Shown here in pieces: positions 45,065 through 54,162 of a stretch of DNA of 64,000 nt. Position 1 is the stretch's first letter, and every line of letters starts with the position of its first letter. The stretch lies in IMG/VR virus record IMGVR_UViG_3300022903_000002, positions 1-64,000 of that record; one strand, written 5' to 3'. Origin of the DNA: a virus. The notes under the pieces were generated by a model, which did no database searches, was not told the origin of the DNA, and worked only from the letters and a program-made list of their open reading frames with translations. A program made the position numbers and the translations under genes.

Positions 45065-45679
45065 GTGGACGCTCTCGCAACCGTCGAGGACCTCGAGGCG
45101 CGGCTCGGACGCGACCTCACCACCGAAGAAGCCGTGCGTGCCAGCGCGATGCTCGCGGACATGTCCGCGATGATCCGTTCGTACACGGGCCAGGACTTCA
45201 CGGTCACCGACGATGACCAGGTGACCTTGCGGGGGGTCGGCGGGGAGATTCGCCTGCCGCAGCGACCGGTAACAGAGGTGTCCACGGTCGTCGCGATTGG
45301 CGGCGACGGACTCCCCGATGTTCCACTGGTCGACTGGGTATGGGACGGCATCGACACCATCCGCGTCGGTGACGGCAGCTTCGTCATCAACCTGCCCGAA
45401 GTGTGGTGGGACGATGACGGATACCCGGGCACCTACCGGGTCACATACAGCCACGGATACGAGGAGACACCCGGGGACGTCCTCGCGGTCATCTGCGGGG
45501 CGATCCTGCGGGTCTTCATCAACCCGAACGGCTACCGCTCCGAGACTGTCGGGTCCTACTCGGTGACCTACGCGTCCCCTGGTGCGGGCGAAACCGTTGG
45601 TACATCCCTGACGCGGGCCGACCGGTTGGTTCTCGACCGCTACCGGCGTAAGGCCGGGACGATCAAGGTCAGGCGTTGA
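45065..45679 (+). CDS. Head-to-tail adaptor
   Basis: 'LAT.EDL.ARLGR', 'LPQRPV', 'VTYSHGY...P', 'NP.G..SET.G.YS'. Confidence 0.82.
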   Translation: MDALATVEDLEARLGRDLTTEEAVRASAMLADMSAMIRSYTGQDFTVTDDDQVTLRGVGGEIRLPQRPVTEVSTVVAIGGDGLPDVPLVDWVWDGIDTIRVGDGSFVINLPEVWWDDDGYPGTYRVTYSHGYEETPGDVLAVICGAILRVFINPNGYRSETVGSYSVTYASPGAGETVGTSLTRADRLVLDRYRRKAGTIKVRR

Positions 45680-45993
45680 TGCTCGGCCCACACACCGTCA
45701 CCGTCATCCAGCCCGCGAGCCGGGACAACTGGGGTGACACCCAGACTGGCGACACCGAGACCAACGTGCCGGGGTGTTTCTGGCAGCCGCGCTCCACCTC
45801 GGAACGGACGACCGGCCAGGACACCGTGATGATCAACCCGTGGGTGTCGATGCCACCGTCAGCACCAATCGCAGCGACGAGCCGCGTCCGGTTCGACGGC
45901 GTCACCTACGAGGTCGTCGGCGAACCCGCCCTGCACCACACACCCAGAGGACCGCACCACTTCGAGGTGGAGCTGAACGAGGTCAAGGGGTGA
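45679..45993 (+). CDS. Head-to-tail stopper
   Basis: 'D.WG', 'YEV.GEP', synteny. Confidence 0.78.
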   Translation: MLGPHTVTVIQPASRDNWGDTQTGDTETNVPGCFWQPRSTSERTTGQDTVMINPWVSMPPSAPIAATSRVRFDGVTYEVVGEPALHHTPRGPHHFEVELNEVKG

Positions 45994-45996
45994 GCT

Positions 45997-46293
45997 ATGG
46001 CCCGGGAAATCTCCTACACGCCTGATTACAAGGGCACGGGCAAGCTGATGCGCGGTAAGGAGATGGAGGCCTTCATGCGCCTCAAAGCGCAGGAAGGCAA
46101 GCAGTACGCCGAGGTGATCGCACCGCGCGAAACAGGCGAGTACGCGTCGGCTTTCCGTGTCGCCTCGACCCGCTCCGGCGACCGCGCTACCGCCTACCTG
46201 TACAACGACTCTGATCACGCGTACCTCGTCGAGTACGTCGATGACTACCGAACCCTCGGCGTCGTCGCGGACATCATCGAGAACGGTCTGTGA
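45997..46293 (+). CDS. Neck/tail completion protein (HK97 gp10-like)
   Basis: 'AP..TG.Y..AF', 'A..VE'; synteny. Confidence 0.7.
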   Translation: MAREISYTPDYKGTGKLMRGKEMEAFMRLKAQEGKQYAEVIAPRETGEYASAFRVASTRSGDRATAYLYNDSDHAYLVEYVDDYRTLGVVADIIENGL

Positions 46294-46673
46294 TGACCGT
46301 CCTCGCACCGTTCCCGGACGTGGAACGCGCGGTTGGCGACCTCGTAACCGGCCTCGGAACGGCAGGGTCGGAAACGAACATCACCCTGCAGTCCACGCTT
46401 CCGTACATCCGGATCCGCCGCCTTGGCGGTTCCGATGACCGCGTCACCGACGCCGCCCGCGTGGACGTGCACGTGTACGACACGAATGCCACGTCGGCGA
46501 AAGAGATCTCCGAGCAGATCCGGCAGCGGCTGATCTCAGGGCCATCTATGACCGCCCATGGCGTCATCGACCGGGCCTGGACCGAGATCGGCCCGCAGAC
46601 GATCCCAGCCGATGACACCGCGGATATCCGTCAGGTCGTCGCCACTTACCGCATTTCGATGCGCCGCCGCTGA
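46290..46673 (+). CDS. Tail terminator
   Basis: 'P.I.I.R.GG.D', synteny before major tail. Confidence 0.78.
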   Translation: MMTVLAPFPDVERAVGDLVTGLGTAGSETNITLQSTLPYIRIRRLGGSDDRVTDAARVDVHVYDTNATSAKEISEQIRQRLISGPSMTAHGVIDRAWTEIGPQTIPADDTADIRQVVATYRISMRRR

Positions 46674-46752
46674 CCAGCGGCTCCTTTTTCAGGCCCGCCA
46701 GCCTGTCCCAGCCCCGCCCGCGGGGCCACCTATCCCGCAGAGGGGAACATCC

Positions 46753-47421
46753 ATGGCTGGCGTCAGCTATGACGATCTTCAACAGCGCAATGCCGCGCTG
46801 ATCTTCAAGGCCCTGCAGGGGTCCGTGTTCGTCGCCCCGTCGAGCGTCGCAGCGATCACCGCACTGACCGACACCGACAAGCTCCTCAAGGAACTCCCCG
46901 AAGGGTACGAGGACGTCGGCTGGATCAGCGACGACGGAGCCCAGTTCTCCCGCGACACCGACACTAGCGACATCACCGGCTGGGGAAGTGTGGAGCCGCT
47001 CCGCTCGGACGTCACACAGGACACCACCACGCTGCAGATGGAAGCCCTGGAGACCAAGAAGTCGACGATCGGTCTCTACACAGGCGCCGACATGGACGCG
47101 GTGACCCCGGACCCGGTCTCCGGTGAGGTCAGCATCCAGAAGCCCGCCCGGCCCGGGTTCCGCTACTACCGGGTCCTCGCTGTTGCCGTGGACCTCACCG
47201 ATGACGGCGAGTACTACGTCGCCCGGTTCCTGCCGCGGGCCCGCGTCACGGACTACGACGACCAGAACATGCAGTCCAGCGACGACTCGCCGATCACCTG
47301 GCCTGTCACGATGACGGGCTACGAGGACCCCCTTCTCGGCTACTCGGAGAACTACCTGTTCGGAGGCCCCGGCTGGGCGACGAGGCTCGCCGCGATGGGC
47401 TTCGAGCCCATCGGCTCCTGA
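46753..47421 (+). CDS. Major tail protein
   Basis: 'LP.GY..VGWISDDG..F', 'WG..EP.RSD'; synteny. Confidence 0.9.
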   Translation: MAGVSYDDLQQRNAALIFKALQGSVFVAPSSVAAITALTDTDKLLKELPEGYEDVGWISDDGAQFSRDTDTSDITGWGSVEPLRSDVTQDTTTLQMEALETKKSTIGLYTGADMDAVTPDPVSGEVSIQKPARPGFRYYRVLAVAVDLTDDGEYYVARFLPRARVTDYDDQNMQSSDDSPITWPVTMTGYEDPLLGYSENYLFGGPGWATRLAAMGFEPIGS

Positions 47422-47424
47422 TAC

Positions 47425-47483
47425 GTCGCGGCGGCCGGTCTAGCTGGCGGGCCCCGGCCGCCGCGACTCCAAGGCCCGCCAGC
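47425..47483 (+). ncRNA. Intergenic hairpin with loop-downstream pairing (pseudoknot/switch), copy 3
   Basis: 14-bp stem 47425-47438/47454-47467; loop GCTGGCGGGCC 47443-47453 complementary to 47473-47483. Confidence 0.65.
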
Positions 47484-47502
47484 ACAAGAGAAGGGTCCGG
47501 CC

Positions 47503-47688
47503 GTGGCCGCAGCAAGCTCCCAATACCCCGTCTACGTGTCACCGGACGGCGAGAAGGAACAGTTCGCGACGTCGCCAGCCCGTGAGGTGCAACTCAGGCA
47601 TGCGGGCTGGCGGCTCAAATCCGAACCTCGCAAGAAGAAGACGCCGAGCGGTGACCTGAGCCGCTGGCAGCAACCCACCACCAACTGA
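47503..47688 (+). CDS. Small hypothetical protein
   Basis: 'SPDG......SPA.EV.LR..GW'; GAAGGG RBS. Confidence 0.6.
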   Translation: MAAASSQYPVYVSPDGEKEQFATSPAREVQLRHAGWRLKSEPRKKKTPSGDLSRWQQPTTN

Positions 47689-47703
47689 CAGAGAGGCCCG
47701 CCA

Positions 47704-47985
47704 ATGGCCGCCAAGAAGAACCAGTTCCAGCTCGCCGTCTACCGGGCGGAGGCCGTCAAGGCGCCGTTCGAGCTGATCATCGACGAGAAGACCAGCGTCA
47801 TGATCCCGCCGCCGAGTACCGATGATGTTCTCGCCGTCGCCGAGGCGGCCACTCCGCGCGAGCAGTTGCGGCTCCTCGCCGGCGACCAGTTCGGGACACT
47901 GATGGAGCACATCAGTGATGAGCCCGGCGGGATCTTGAAGCCTCTGCTGAACGATATGACCAGTCACTTCAAGCTGGGGGAATAG
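47704..47985 (+). CDS. Tail assembly chaperone (short form)
   Basis: Ends ...KLGE* over GGGGGAA slippery site. Confidence 0.88.
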   Translation: MAAKKNQFQLAVYRAEAVKAPFELIIDEKTSVMIPPPSTDDVLAVAEAATPREQLRLLAGDQFGTLMEHISDEPGGILKPLLNDMTSHFKLGE

Positions 47986-48440
47986 CGCGCGCTGCTGGCC
48001 TGATCGACAGGTACGGCAGCGCGATCCGCGCTGACCTGCGCCGATTCTACGGCGTGGACATGCTTGATTTCTTCCGGGACAGATTGTCGGCACAAGAGAT
48101 CCTCGACTATCTCGAGCACATGCCGCGCACGTCCGCGTATCACACGGCCATTGCGGAGGACGAGGACCTTGCCGAGCAACTGGCGGGAATGCCAGATCAG
48201 AAGCCGGGACCGCCGCGGCTAGCGGAGTTTTCACCAGAGGTGCAGGTCCTTGCTGAGGTGCGGGATCTGGTGGCGACGCTCATCAACGTGCAGATCGCCC
48301 GGGCCGGCAAGAAACCATCGAAGGTGAAGCCTTACCCGCGGCCCGTATCGGCGGTTGAGCAGGTCCGCCGGCGGGAGCGGTACCGGAAGCACACGTCGCT
48401 GGTCGCACAACTCATTCCCGGGTCGGATCGACAGCGGTAG
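47704..48440 (+). CDS. Tail assembly chaperone, -1 frameshifted long form
   Basis: GGGGGAA at 47976-47982; -1 frame continues GIARAAGLIDRYGSAIRADLRRFYGVD into ORF ending at 48440. Confidence 0.85.
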
Positions 48441-48473
48441 CCCACGGCACGAGTCCCAGACGGGGGTGGTGTC

Positions 48474-51400
48474 GTGGCCGCTCAAGTCGGTGCTGCTTAC
48501 ATCAAGGTCGCTCCGAACCTCGCCGGTTTCCACCGCACGATCACCAAAGAGCTAAAAAGCCTCAGCCCGCAGGTCAAGAAGATCGGGTTGGGGCTCGGCC
48601 GGAACCTTGGCGACGGCATCAAGGTCGGCCTCGGCGACCCGCTTTCCGGACCGCTGGATGAGTCCACCAAGAAGCAACGGCAGAAAGGCCCCAAGCAGGG
48701 CGAAGAGGTCGCTGGGGCGTTCGCGAAGGGTTTCGAGAAGCGCCTGAAGGCAGCGTTTCAGGCCCTGCCGAAAGCCGAAATCGACGCTGATTCCTCACCC
48801 GCCGACAAGAAGATCGCGGAGCTTCGGCGACAGCTTGAGGCACTCTCCGGCAAGACCGTCGGTGTCGACATTGACGCGGGTGCGGCTCTCTCAGAGGTCG
48901 CCGCGATCCGGTCCGAGTTGGAGGCACTGGACGGCCACGAGTCGATCCAGGTCGATGTCGACGCCGCTGCGGCCCTGGCGGAGCTCACCGCGGTACAGGT
49001 CGAGGTCGATCGGGTAGATGGGCGCACAGCCCGTGTGAACGTCAACGCGGACGTGTTGCCGGCGTTGGCTGGTATCGGGCTTGTCAGCACGGCGTTGCTT
49101 GGTCTGACGGCGATTCCGATTGCGGCGACGGTCGGTGTGGGGATCCTGTCGCTGGTCGGTCCGCTTGGTGCGGCGGGAGCTGGGTTCGCTGGTCTTGCTG
49201 CGGTCGCGACTCCGTCGATCAACCGTATCGGCGAGGCGCTGAAGGTCCAGAAGCAGGCGCAGGACGCGTCGACGGGTAGTGCCGCGCAGGCCGCGGCGGC
49301 GAACAAGAAGCTCGCCGCGACGATGGCGGCTCTGTCGCCTGCTGAGCGCGACGTGCTCAAGTCGTGGAACGGGCTGCGGACGGCGTTCACGGGCTGGGCG
49401 AAGGAACTGCAGCCTGCCGTGCTCCCGCTGTTCACGCGCGGCATCAACCTGGTGAAGCAGGCTCTGCCCGGGTTGACGCCGATCGTGAAAGGCGCGGCCG
49501 GCGCGGTCAACGGTCTCCTCGGGGACGTTACCCGCGCGGCTCAGTCGCCGTTCTGGCGGCAACTACGGACGAATATCACAGGTCTGGTGCCGACGTCGAT
49601 CACGGGTTTCGGGAAGATCGCCGGGAACATCGCGACGGGTCTGGCTGGGATCGTGTCCGCGTTCTTGCCGTATGCGCCCACGATCTTGTCGTTCATCACC
49701 CGGATCACCGCGGGTTTCGCCCGTTGGGGCCAGGGGCTGGGGACCTCGAACGGCTTCGCGAAGTTTATGGCCTACGTCAAGCAGAACGCGCCGCTGATCC
49801 TCGAGACGGTCAAGCAGCTCGGCTTGTCGATCGCGCACATTGTGTCGTCGCTGGCACCACTCGGCCCGGCCGTCCTCGGCGGCTTCGGGCTGCTGCTGCG
49901 GTTTATCGGCATGCTGACGCCCGGCGAGATCCAGGCCATCGCGATCGCGTTCACGCTCCTGTCGGTGTCGATCTGGGCCGTGAATTTCGCGCTTGAAGCC
50001 AATCCGGTGGTGCTTGTCATAACGCTGATCGTCGCTCTTGTGGCGGCGGTCGTCTTGGCGTTCAACCACGTGACGTGGTTCCACAATGCGGTGGTCGCGG
50101 CGTTCAACGGCATCAAGGCCGCGGTCCTGTTCGTCTGGAATTCGGTCTTGAAGCCGACGTTCTCGGCTCTCGTGGTCGCTTTCCAAGCGATCAGCACGGT
50201 CGTGATGTGGCTGTGGCGGAACGTGATCTCCCCGGCATTCAGCGCCATCTCGCTGGCCGCACGGATCCTGTTCGCGATCGTCGCCGTTGCCGTCCTGGCG
50301 CCGCTGGTCATCGCGTTCAACATCCTCAAGGCCGTGATTCTGGCTTGGTGGCACATCGTTGTGGTGCCAGCGTTCGCGGCGGTGCAGGCGGTCATCGCGG
50401 CAGCATGGGTGGTGATCCACCCGATCCTGGCCGCGCTCGGCGTCGCGGTCCGCGCTGTTGGCGCTGCGGCGATGTGGCTGTGGCACAACGCGATCGTGCC
50501 GGCCTGGAACGGCATCAGCCTTGCAATTGCCACCGTGTACAACACGGTGATTCACCCGATCTTGAACGCGCTGAACGCGGTGCTACGGAACGTGATCGCC
50601 CCGGTTTTCCGGTGGATCTACACATCGGTGATCAAGCCGATGTTCCAGGCGGCGGGCGCTGTGATCCGTAACGTCTGGAACACCGCTATAAGTCCGGCGT
50701 TCAACGCTCTTAAGTCGGGTGTGAACGCGGTCAAGAACGCGTTCTCCACCGCTGTCTCGGCAATCGGGCGAATCTGGAAGGGCCTGGAGTCCGCCACCAA
50801 GAAACCCGTCCAATTTGTTGTCAACACGGTCTACAACAACGGCATCCGTTCCGTGTGGAACAAGGTCGCCGGCCTAGTTCACCTGCCTCAGCTGCCTGCG
50901 GCGAAGTTCGCTCAGGGCGGTATCTTCCCGGGCTACACGCCCGGCAAGGACCCGTACTCCATGCCGATGGCCGCCTTCTCTGGCGGCGAGGCCGTCATGC
51001 GGCCCGAGTTCACCCGAGCGGTCGGCCCCGGGTTCGTGTACGCGGCGAACAAGGTAGCTCGCAAGCGTGGGCCTGGCGGTGTCCGGGATTTCCTCGCGAA
51101 CGGTGAGATGAAGTTCGCGACGGGCGGGATCCTGCCCGGACGGCATGTGGCGGCATTCGCGAATGGCGGCATCATCGGAGGGATCCTCGGGGCCGTCAAG
51201 CGTGCCAGCAGTCTCGTGGTTCGCGGCGCGTCATCGGTCCTCGGCGGGGGTGCGAGCGCGTTCGCGAAGACCGTCCTCAACCCGATCCTGTCTCGGATCC
51301 CGGGGGCGGATTCGCCGTGGGCGCAGGGCATCCTGTCCCTGCCGAAACGGATGATCGATGGGTTCATCTCCTGGCTGCACACAGCCATCGATCCGAAGCT

Positions 51401-53216
51401 CGGCGGTGACGCGCATGGTGTTGTCGCCGCAGCGAAGAAATACATCGGTATCGGCGACGATAGAGGACCTAACAACAACATCTTCAGCCGCTGGTGGGGA
51501 ATGCCGGGCGGGCCTTGGTGCTTCGCGGCCGGAACACTTGTGGACACCCCACAAGGCTTGGTCCCGATCGAGAACCTCAAGGTCGGCGACCCGGTCTACA
51601 CCGGAACCGGCAATGTCCAGCGGGTGTCGTGTCTGTACAGGAGGCAGAAAGAGCTGTGGCGCGTCGTCGCCATGGGAATGCCCGAGACCTTCACGACCGA
51701 AGACCATCCGTATCTTGTGCGTAAGCGCCTCGCTGGGCGGAAGCGGGCGTTTGCGGAGCCGCAGCGCACATCGGTCAAGGACCTCCGGAAGGGGGACCTG
51801 ATCGGCCTTCCGCTCGGGCCGGAAGGAACGACGAAGTACGACCCGGACCTGAGTTACGTCCTCGGCATGTATGTCGCCGACGGATGCCGGAGCAAGGGCA
51901 CCGTGATCTTCTCGGATGCCCCTGGTGAGACCGAACGGATCCTAACCGCCCTCAAGCGCGCCGGCTTCGATCGAGCATGGACCACACGTAACGGCGGTGG
52001 GACGAACACGGGCATCACCGACAGCGGCCTCTACGAACTGTGCGGGAAGTTCGGGGACCTGGCACACAACAAGGAGATCCCCGATGAAGTCCACGCTTGG
52101 GATGCCGCCGCCAGGACCGCTTTCGTAGAGGGGTTCCTCGCCGGGGACGGGCACCTGAACGATGCGATCTCGTGCGGTGGTTCGCCGCGCTGGGAGGTCA
52201 CGACCGTTTCACCGAAGTTGGCCGTCGGGCTGGCCAAACTACTGCGGTCCCTGGGGTTCCTCCCGTCGGTGAATGACGGTCGCCCTGAACAATCGCTGAC
52301 GATCTGCGGACGGGATACACACTGCCGGAAGCAGTTCAAGCTGAGCTGGCGGAACGCCCATCGCGATGAACTTACCTATCACCATTACGTCGAAGAGGAC
52401 GGTGTCATCTGGGTTCCGGTTCGTGAGGCGGAGCCGACGGGGCGAGTCGAGTGCGTGTATGACATCACCGTTCCTGGCGAGCACACATTCATCGCTAACG
52501 GAGCGTATTCGTTCAACTGCGCCATGTTCGTTTCTCGTGTCATCAAGGACGCCCACGCCGAGAAGTACTACTCCGGATATCCGACGGCGCTGGCCGCCGG
52601 GTACAACTCGATGCGGCATGTCAGTAGCGGGCAAGCTGGTGACCTCGCCACATACAACGGCGGCGGTCACATCAACATCATCGAGAAACCCGCTGGCGGG
52701 GCGTACATGACGATCGGCGGGAACCAGAACGCGCTCGTACAGCGCGGTATCCGGTCTCCCGGCCTGATTTTGCGCCCGGCGTTCGCGAACGGCGGGATCA
52801 TCGGCCGAGAAGCGCAGCGCCTGTTCAAGCACGACGCACCGCGGCAGATCGACAAGCACGAACTGCAGACGCCGATGGTGCAACTCATGCGTTCGCTGCC
52901 GTCCGGGCAGATGAGCAACGTTGTCCGCGCGATCACGAAGAAGCACCTCACCGTCGCGAACGCCGGCGTCTACGACGACGGAGGTGTTATTGCCCCTGGG
53001 TTGAACCTTGTCGCGAACGCGTCACGAAAACCGGAAGCGCTGCTGAGCAACGCGCAGTGGCGTGGCATCACCGAGGCCGCCGCTGGTGGCGACACGCACT
53101 ATCACGCGCACCTGGACGAGATGACGCAGGCGGCCTACGGCACGCAGATCCGCTCGACATTCCACGCGATGGAAACCCAGCGGGCCATGAAAGAGCGCAT
53201 CGGACGGAGGCGCTGA
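48474..53216 (+). CDS. Tape measure protein with C-terminal CHAP-type peptidase domain interrupted by an intein
   Basis: 1580 aa, W/F-periodic helical repeats; spliced extein reads ...GMPGGPW-CAMFVS...GHINII. Confidence 0.93.
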   Translation: MAAQVGAAYIKVAPNLAGFHRTITKELKSLSPQVKKIGLGLGRNLGDGIKVGLGDPLSGPLDESTKKQRQKGPKQGEEVAGAFAKGFEKRLKAAFQALPKAEIDADSSPADKKIAELRRQLEALSGKTVGVDIDAGAALSEVAAIRSELEALDGHESIQVDVDAAAALAELTAVQVEVDRVDGRTARVNVNADVLPALAGIGLVSTALLGLTAIPIAATVGVGILSLVGPLGAAGAGFAGLAAVATPSINRIGEALKVQKQAQDASTGSAAQAAAANKKLAATMAALSPAERDVLKSWNGLRTAFTGWAKELQPAVLPLFTRGINLVKQALPGLTPIVKGAAGAVNGLLGDVTRAAQSPFWRQLRTNITGLVPTSITGFGKIAGNIATGLAGIVSAFLPYAPTILSFITRITAGFARWGQGLGTSNGFAKFMAYVKQNAPLILETVKQLGLSIAHIVSSLAPLGPAVLGGFGLLLRFIGMLTPGEIQAIAIAFTLLSVSIWAVNFALEANPVVLVITLIVALVAAVVLAFNHVTWFHNAVVAAFNGIKAAVLFVWNSVLKPTFSALVVAFQAISTVVMWLWRNVISPAFSAISLAARILFAIVAVAVLAPLVIAFNILKAVILAWWHIVVVPAFAAVQAVIAAAWVVIHPILAALGVAVRAVGAAAMWLWHNAIVPAWNGISLAIATVYNTVIHPILNALNAVLRNVIAPVFRWIYTSVIKPMFQAAGAVIRNVWNTAISPAFNALKSGVNAVKNAFSTAVSAIGRIWKGLESATKKPVQFVVNTVYNNGIRSVWNKVAGLVHLPQLPAAKFAQGGIFPGYTPGKDPYSMPMAAFSGGEAVMRPEFTRAVGPGFVYAANKVARKRGPGGVRDFLANGEMKFATGGILPGRHVAAFANGGIIGGILGAVKRASSLVVRGASSVLGGGASAFAKTVLNPILSRIPGADSPWAQGILSLPKRMIDGFISWLHTAIDPKLGGDAHGVVAAAKKYIGIGDDRGPNNNIFSRWWGMPGGPWCFAAGTLVDTPQGLVPIENLKVGDPVYTGTGNVQRVSCLYRRQKELWRVVAMGMPETFTTEDHPYLVRKRLAGRKRAFAEPQRTSVKDLRKGDLIGLPLGPEGTTKYDPDLSYVLGMYVADGCRSKGTVIFSDAPGETERILTALKRAGFDRAWTTRNGGGTNTGITDSGLYELCGKFGDLAHNKEIPDEVHAWDAAARTAFVEGFLAGDGHLNDAISCGGSPRWEVTTVSPKLAVGLAKLLRSLGFLPSVNDGRPEQSLTICGRDTHCRKQFKLSWRNAHRDELTYHHYVEEDGVIWVPVREAEPTGRVECVYDITVPGEHTFIANGAYSFNCAMFVSRVIKDAHAEKYYSGYPTALAAGYNSMRHVSSGQAGDLATYNGGGHINIIEKPAGGAYMTIGGNQNALVQRGIRSPGLILRPAFANGGIIGREAQRLFKHDAPRQIDKHELQTPMVQLMRSLPSGQMSNVVRAITKKHLTVANAGVYDDGGVIAPGLNLVANASRKPEALLSNAQWRGITEAAAGGDTHYHAHLDEMTQAAYGTQIRSTFHAMETQRAMKERIGRRR
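51519..52517 (+). mobile_element. Intein (333 aa) with LAGLIDADG homing endonuclease
   Basis: Block A CFAAGTLVDT, block B TTEDHPY, LAGLIDADG motifs LGMYVADG and VEGFLAGDG, block F VYDITV...HTFIANG, ends SFN followed by Cys. Confidence 0.93.
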
Positions 53217-54161
53217 ATGCCGCTGCTCGTCAAACGGCCGTCCGCGCCGGCGGCTCCGCAGTCACCGGGGTTCAACCCGGATCGGCTCGGTGTGACGTAC
53301 ATCGATCCGGACGGGCATGCGTGGGCGTGGGGTGATCTGACGGCGAAGGTGTTCGCGACGGCGGTGGCCGGTCTCGGTTCACCACCTGTCGCGTTCACCC
53401 AGCTCGGTTTGCCGTCCGGGGGTGCCTTCGCGCAGTCACATCTGGCCGCGGCTCGTACCATCACGGTCGGCCTGTATGCCTACGACGATGAGGACCAGGG
53501 CGCGTTCCTTGCGCTGGTGGACCGTCTCGCTCGAGCTCTATGGTCGCAGCGGGATGGGAAGCCCGCGCCGGGGATCCTGGTGATCGCACGCCCGGACGGG
53601 ACAGCCCGGCAGATCCAGGTGTACTGCACTGACGGCATGGACCTGTCCGACGACGACCGGACGAAGTCAGGCCTGATGTGGGCGACGTATCCGGTCACGC
53701 TCGCGGCCCCAGACCCGTTCTTCGAGGACGCTGACGCGACCTCACGGGAGTTCGGCTCCTCGACTACTGCTGGCATTCCACCGATGCCACCGATCGTGTT
53801 GTCGCCGTCGTCGCTGCTCGGGGATACGACGGTCGACAATTCCGGTGACGCTGACGCGTACCCGATCTGGACGATCCACGGGCCCGGCACACCCACCTTG
53901 TCGAACGTCACGACGGGCCGATCGTTCGGGCTGGATGTGAGCCTCGGCGATGACGAGGTCGTTGTGGTCGACACTCGGCCCGGTATGCAGTCCGCGGTCG
54001 ACCAGGACGGCGTTAACCGTTGGGCGGATCTGGTCCGGTCGAGTCCGCGTGACTTGTGGCAGCTCGTCCCGGGCGTGAACGAGCTAAGCCTGACGATCGG
54101 CGATTCCGATGCCGGGTCGAAGATCAGCCTGTCGTTCACGCGCCGCTGGTTGAGGGCCTGA
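53217..54161 (+). CDS. Distal tail protein (Dit-like)
   Basis: Follows TMP; 'A.DPFF', 'N.GD..AYP.W.I.GP', 'L.PG.N'. Confidence 0.85.
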   Translation: MPLLVKRPSAPAAPQSPGFNPDRLGVTYIDPDGHAWAWGDLTAKVFATAVAGLGSPPVAFTQLGLPSGGAFAQSHLAAARTITVGLYAYDDEDQGAFLALVDRLARALWSQRDGKPAPGILVIARPDGTARQIQVYCTDGMDLSDDDRTKSGLMWATYPVTLAAPDPFFEDADATSREFGSSTTAGIPPMPPIVLSPSSLLGDTTVDNSGDADAYPIWTIHGPGTPTLSNVTTGRSFGLDVSLGDDEVVVVDTRPGMQSAVDQDGVNRWADLVRSSPRDLWQLVPGVNELSLTIGDSDAGSKISLSFTRRWLRA

Positions 54162-54162
54162 C

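Noticed and set aside
47976-47982. GGGGGAA frameshift as a novelty
   Set aside because: Well-known tail assembly chaperone recoding; listed as a feature only
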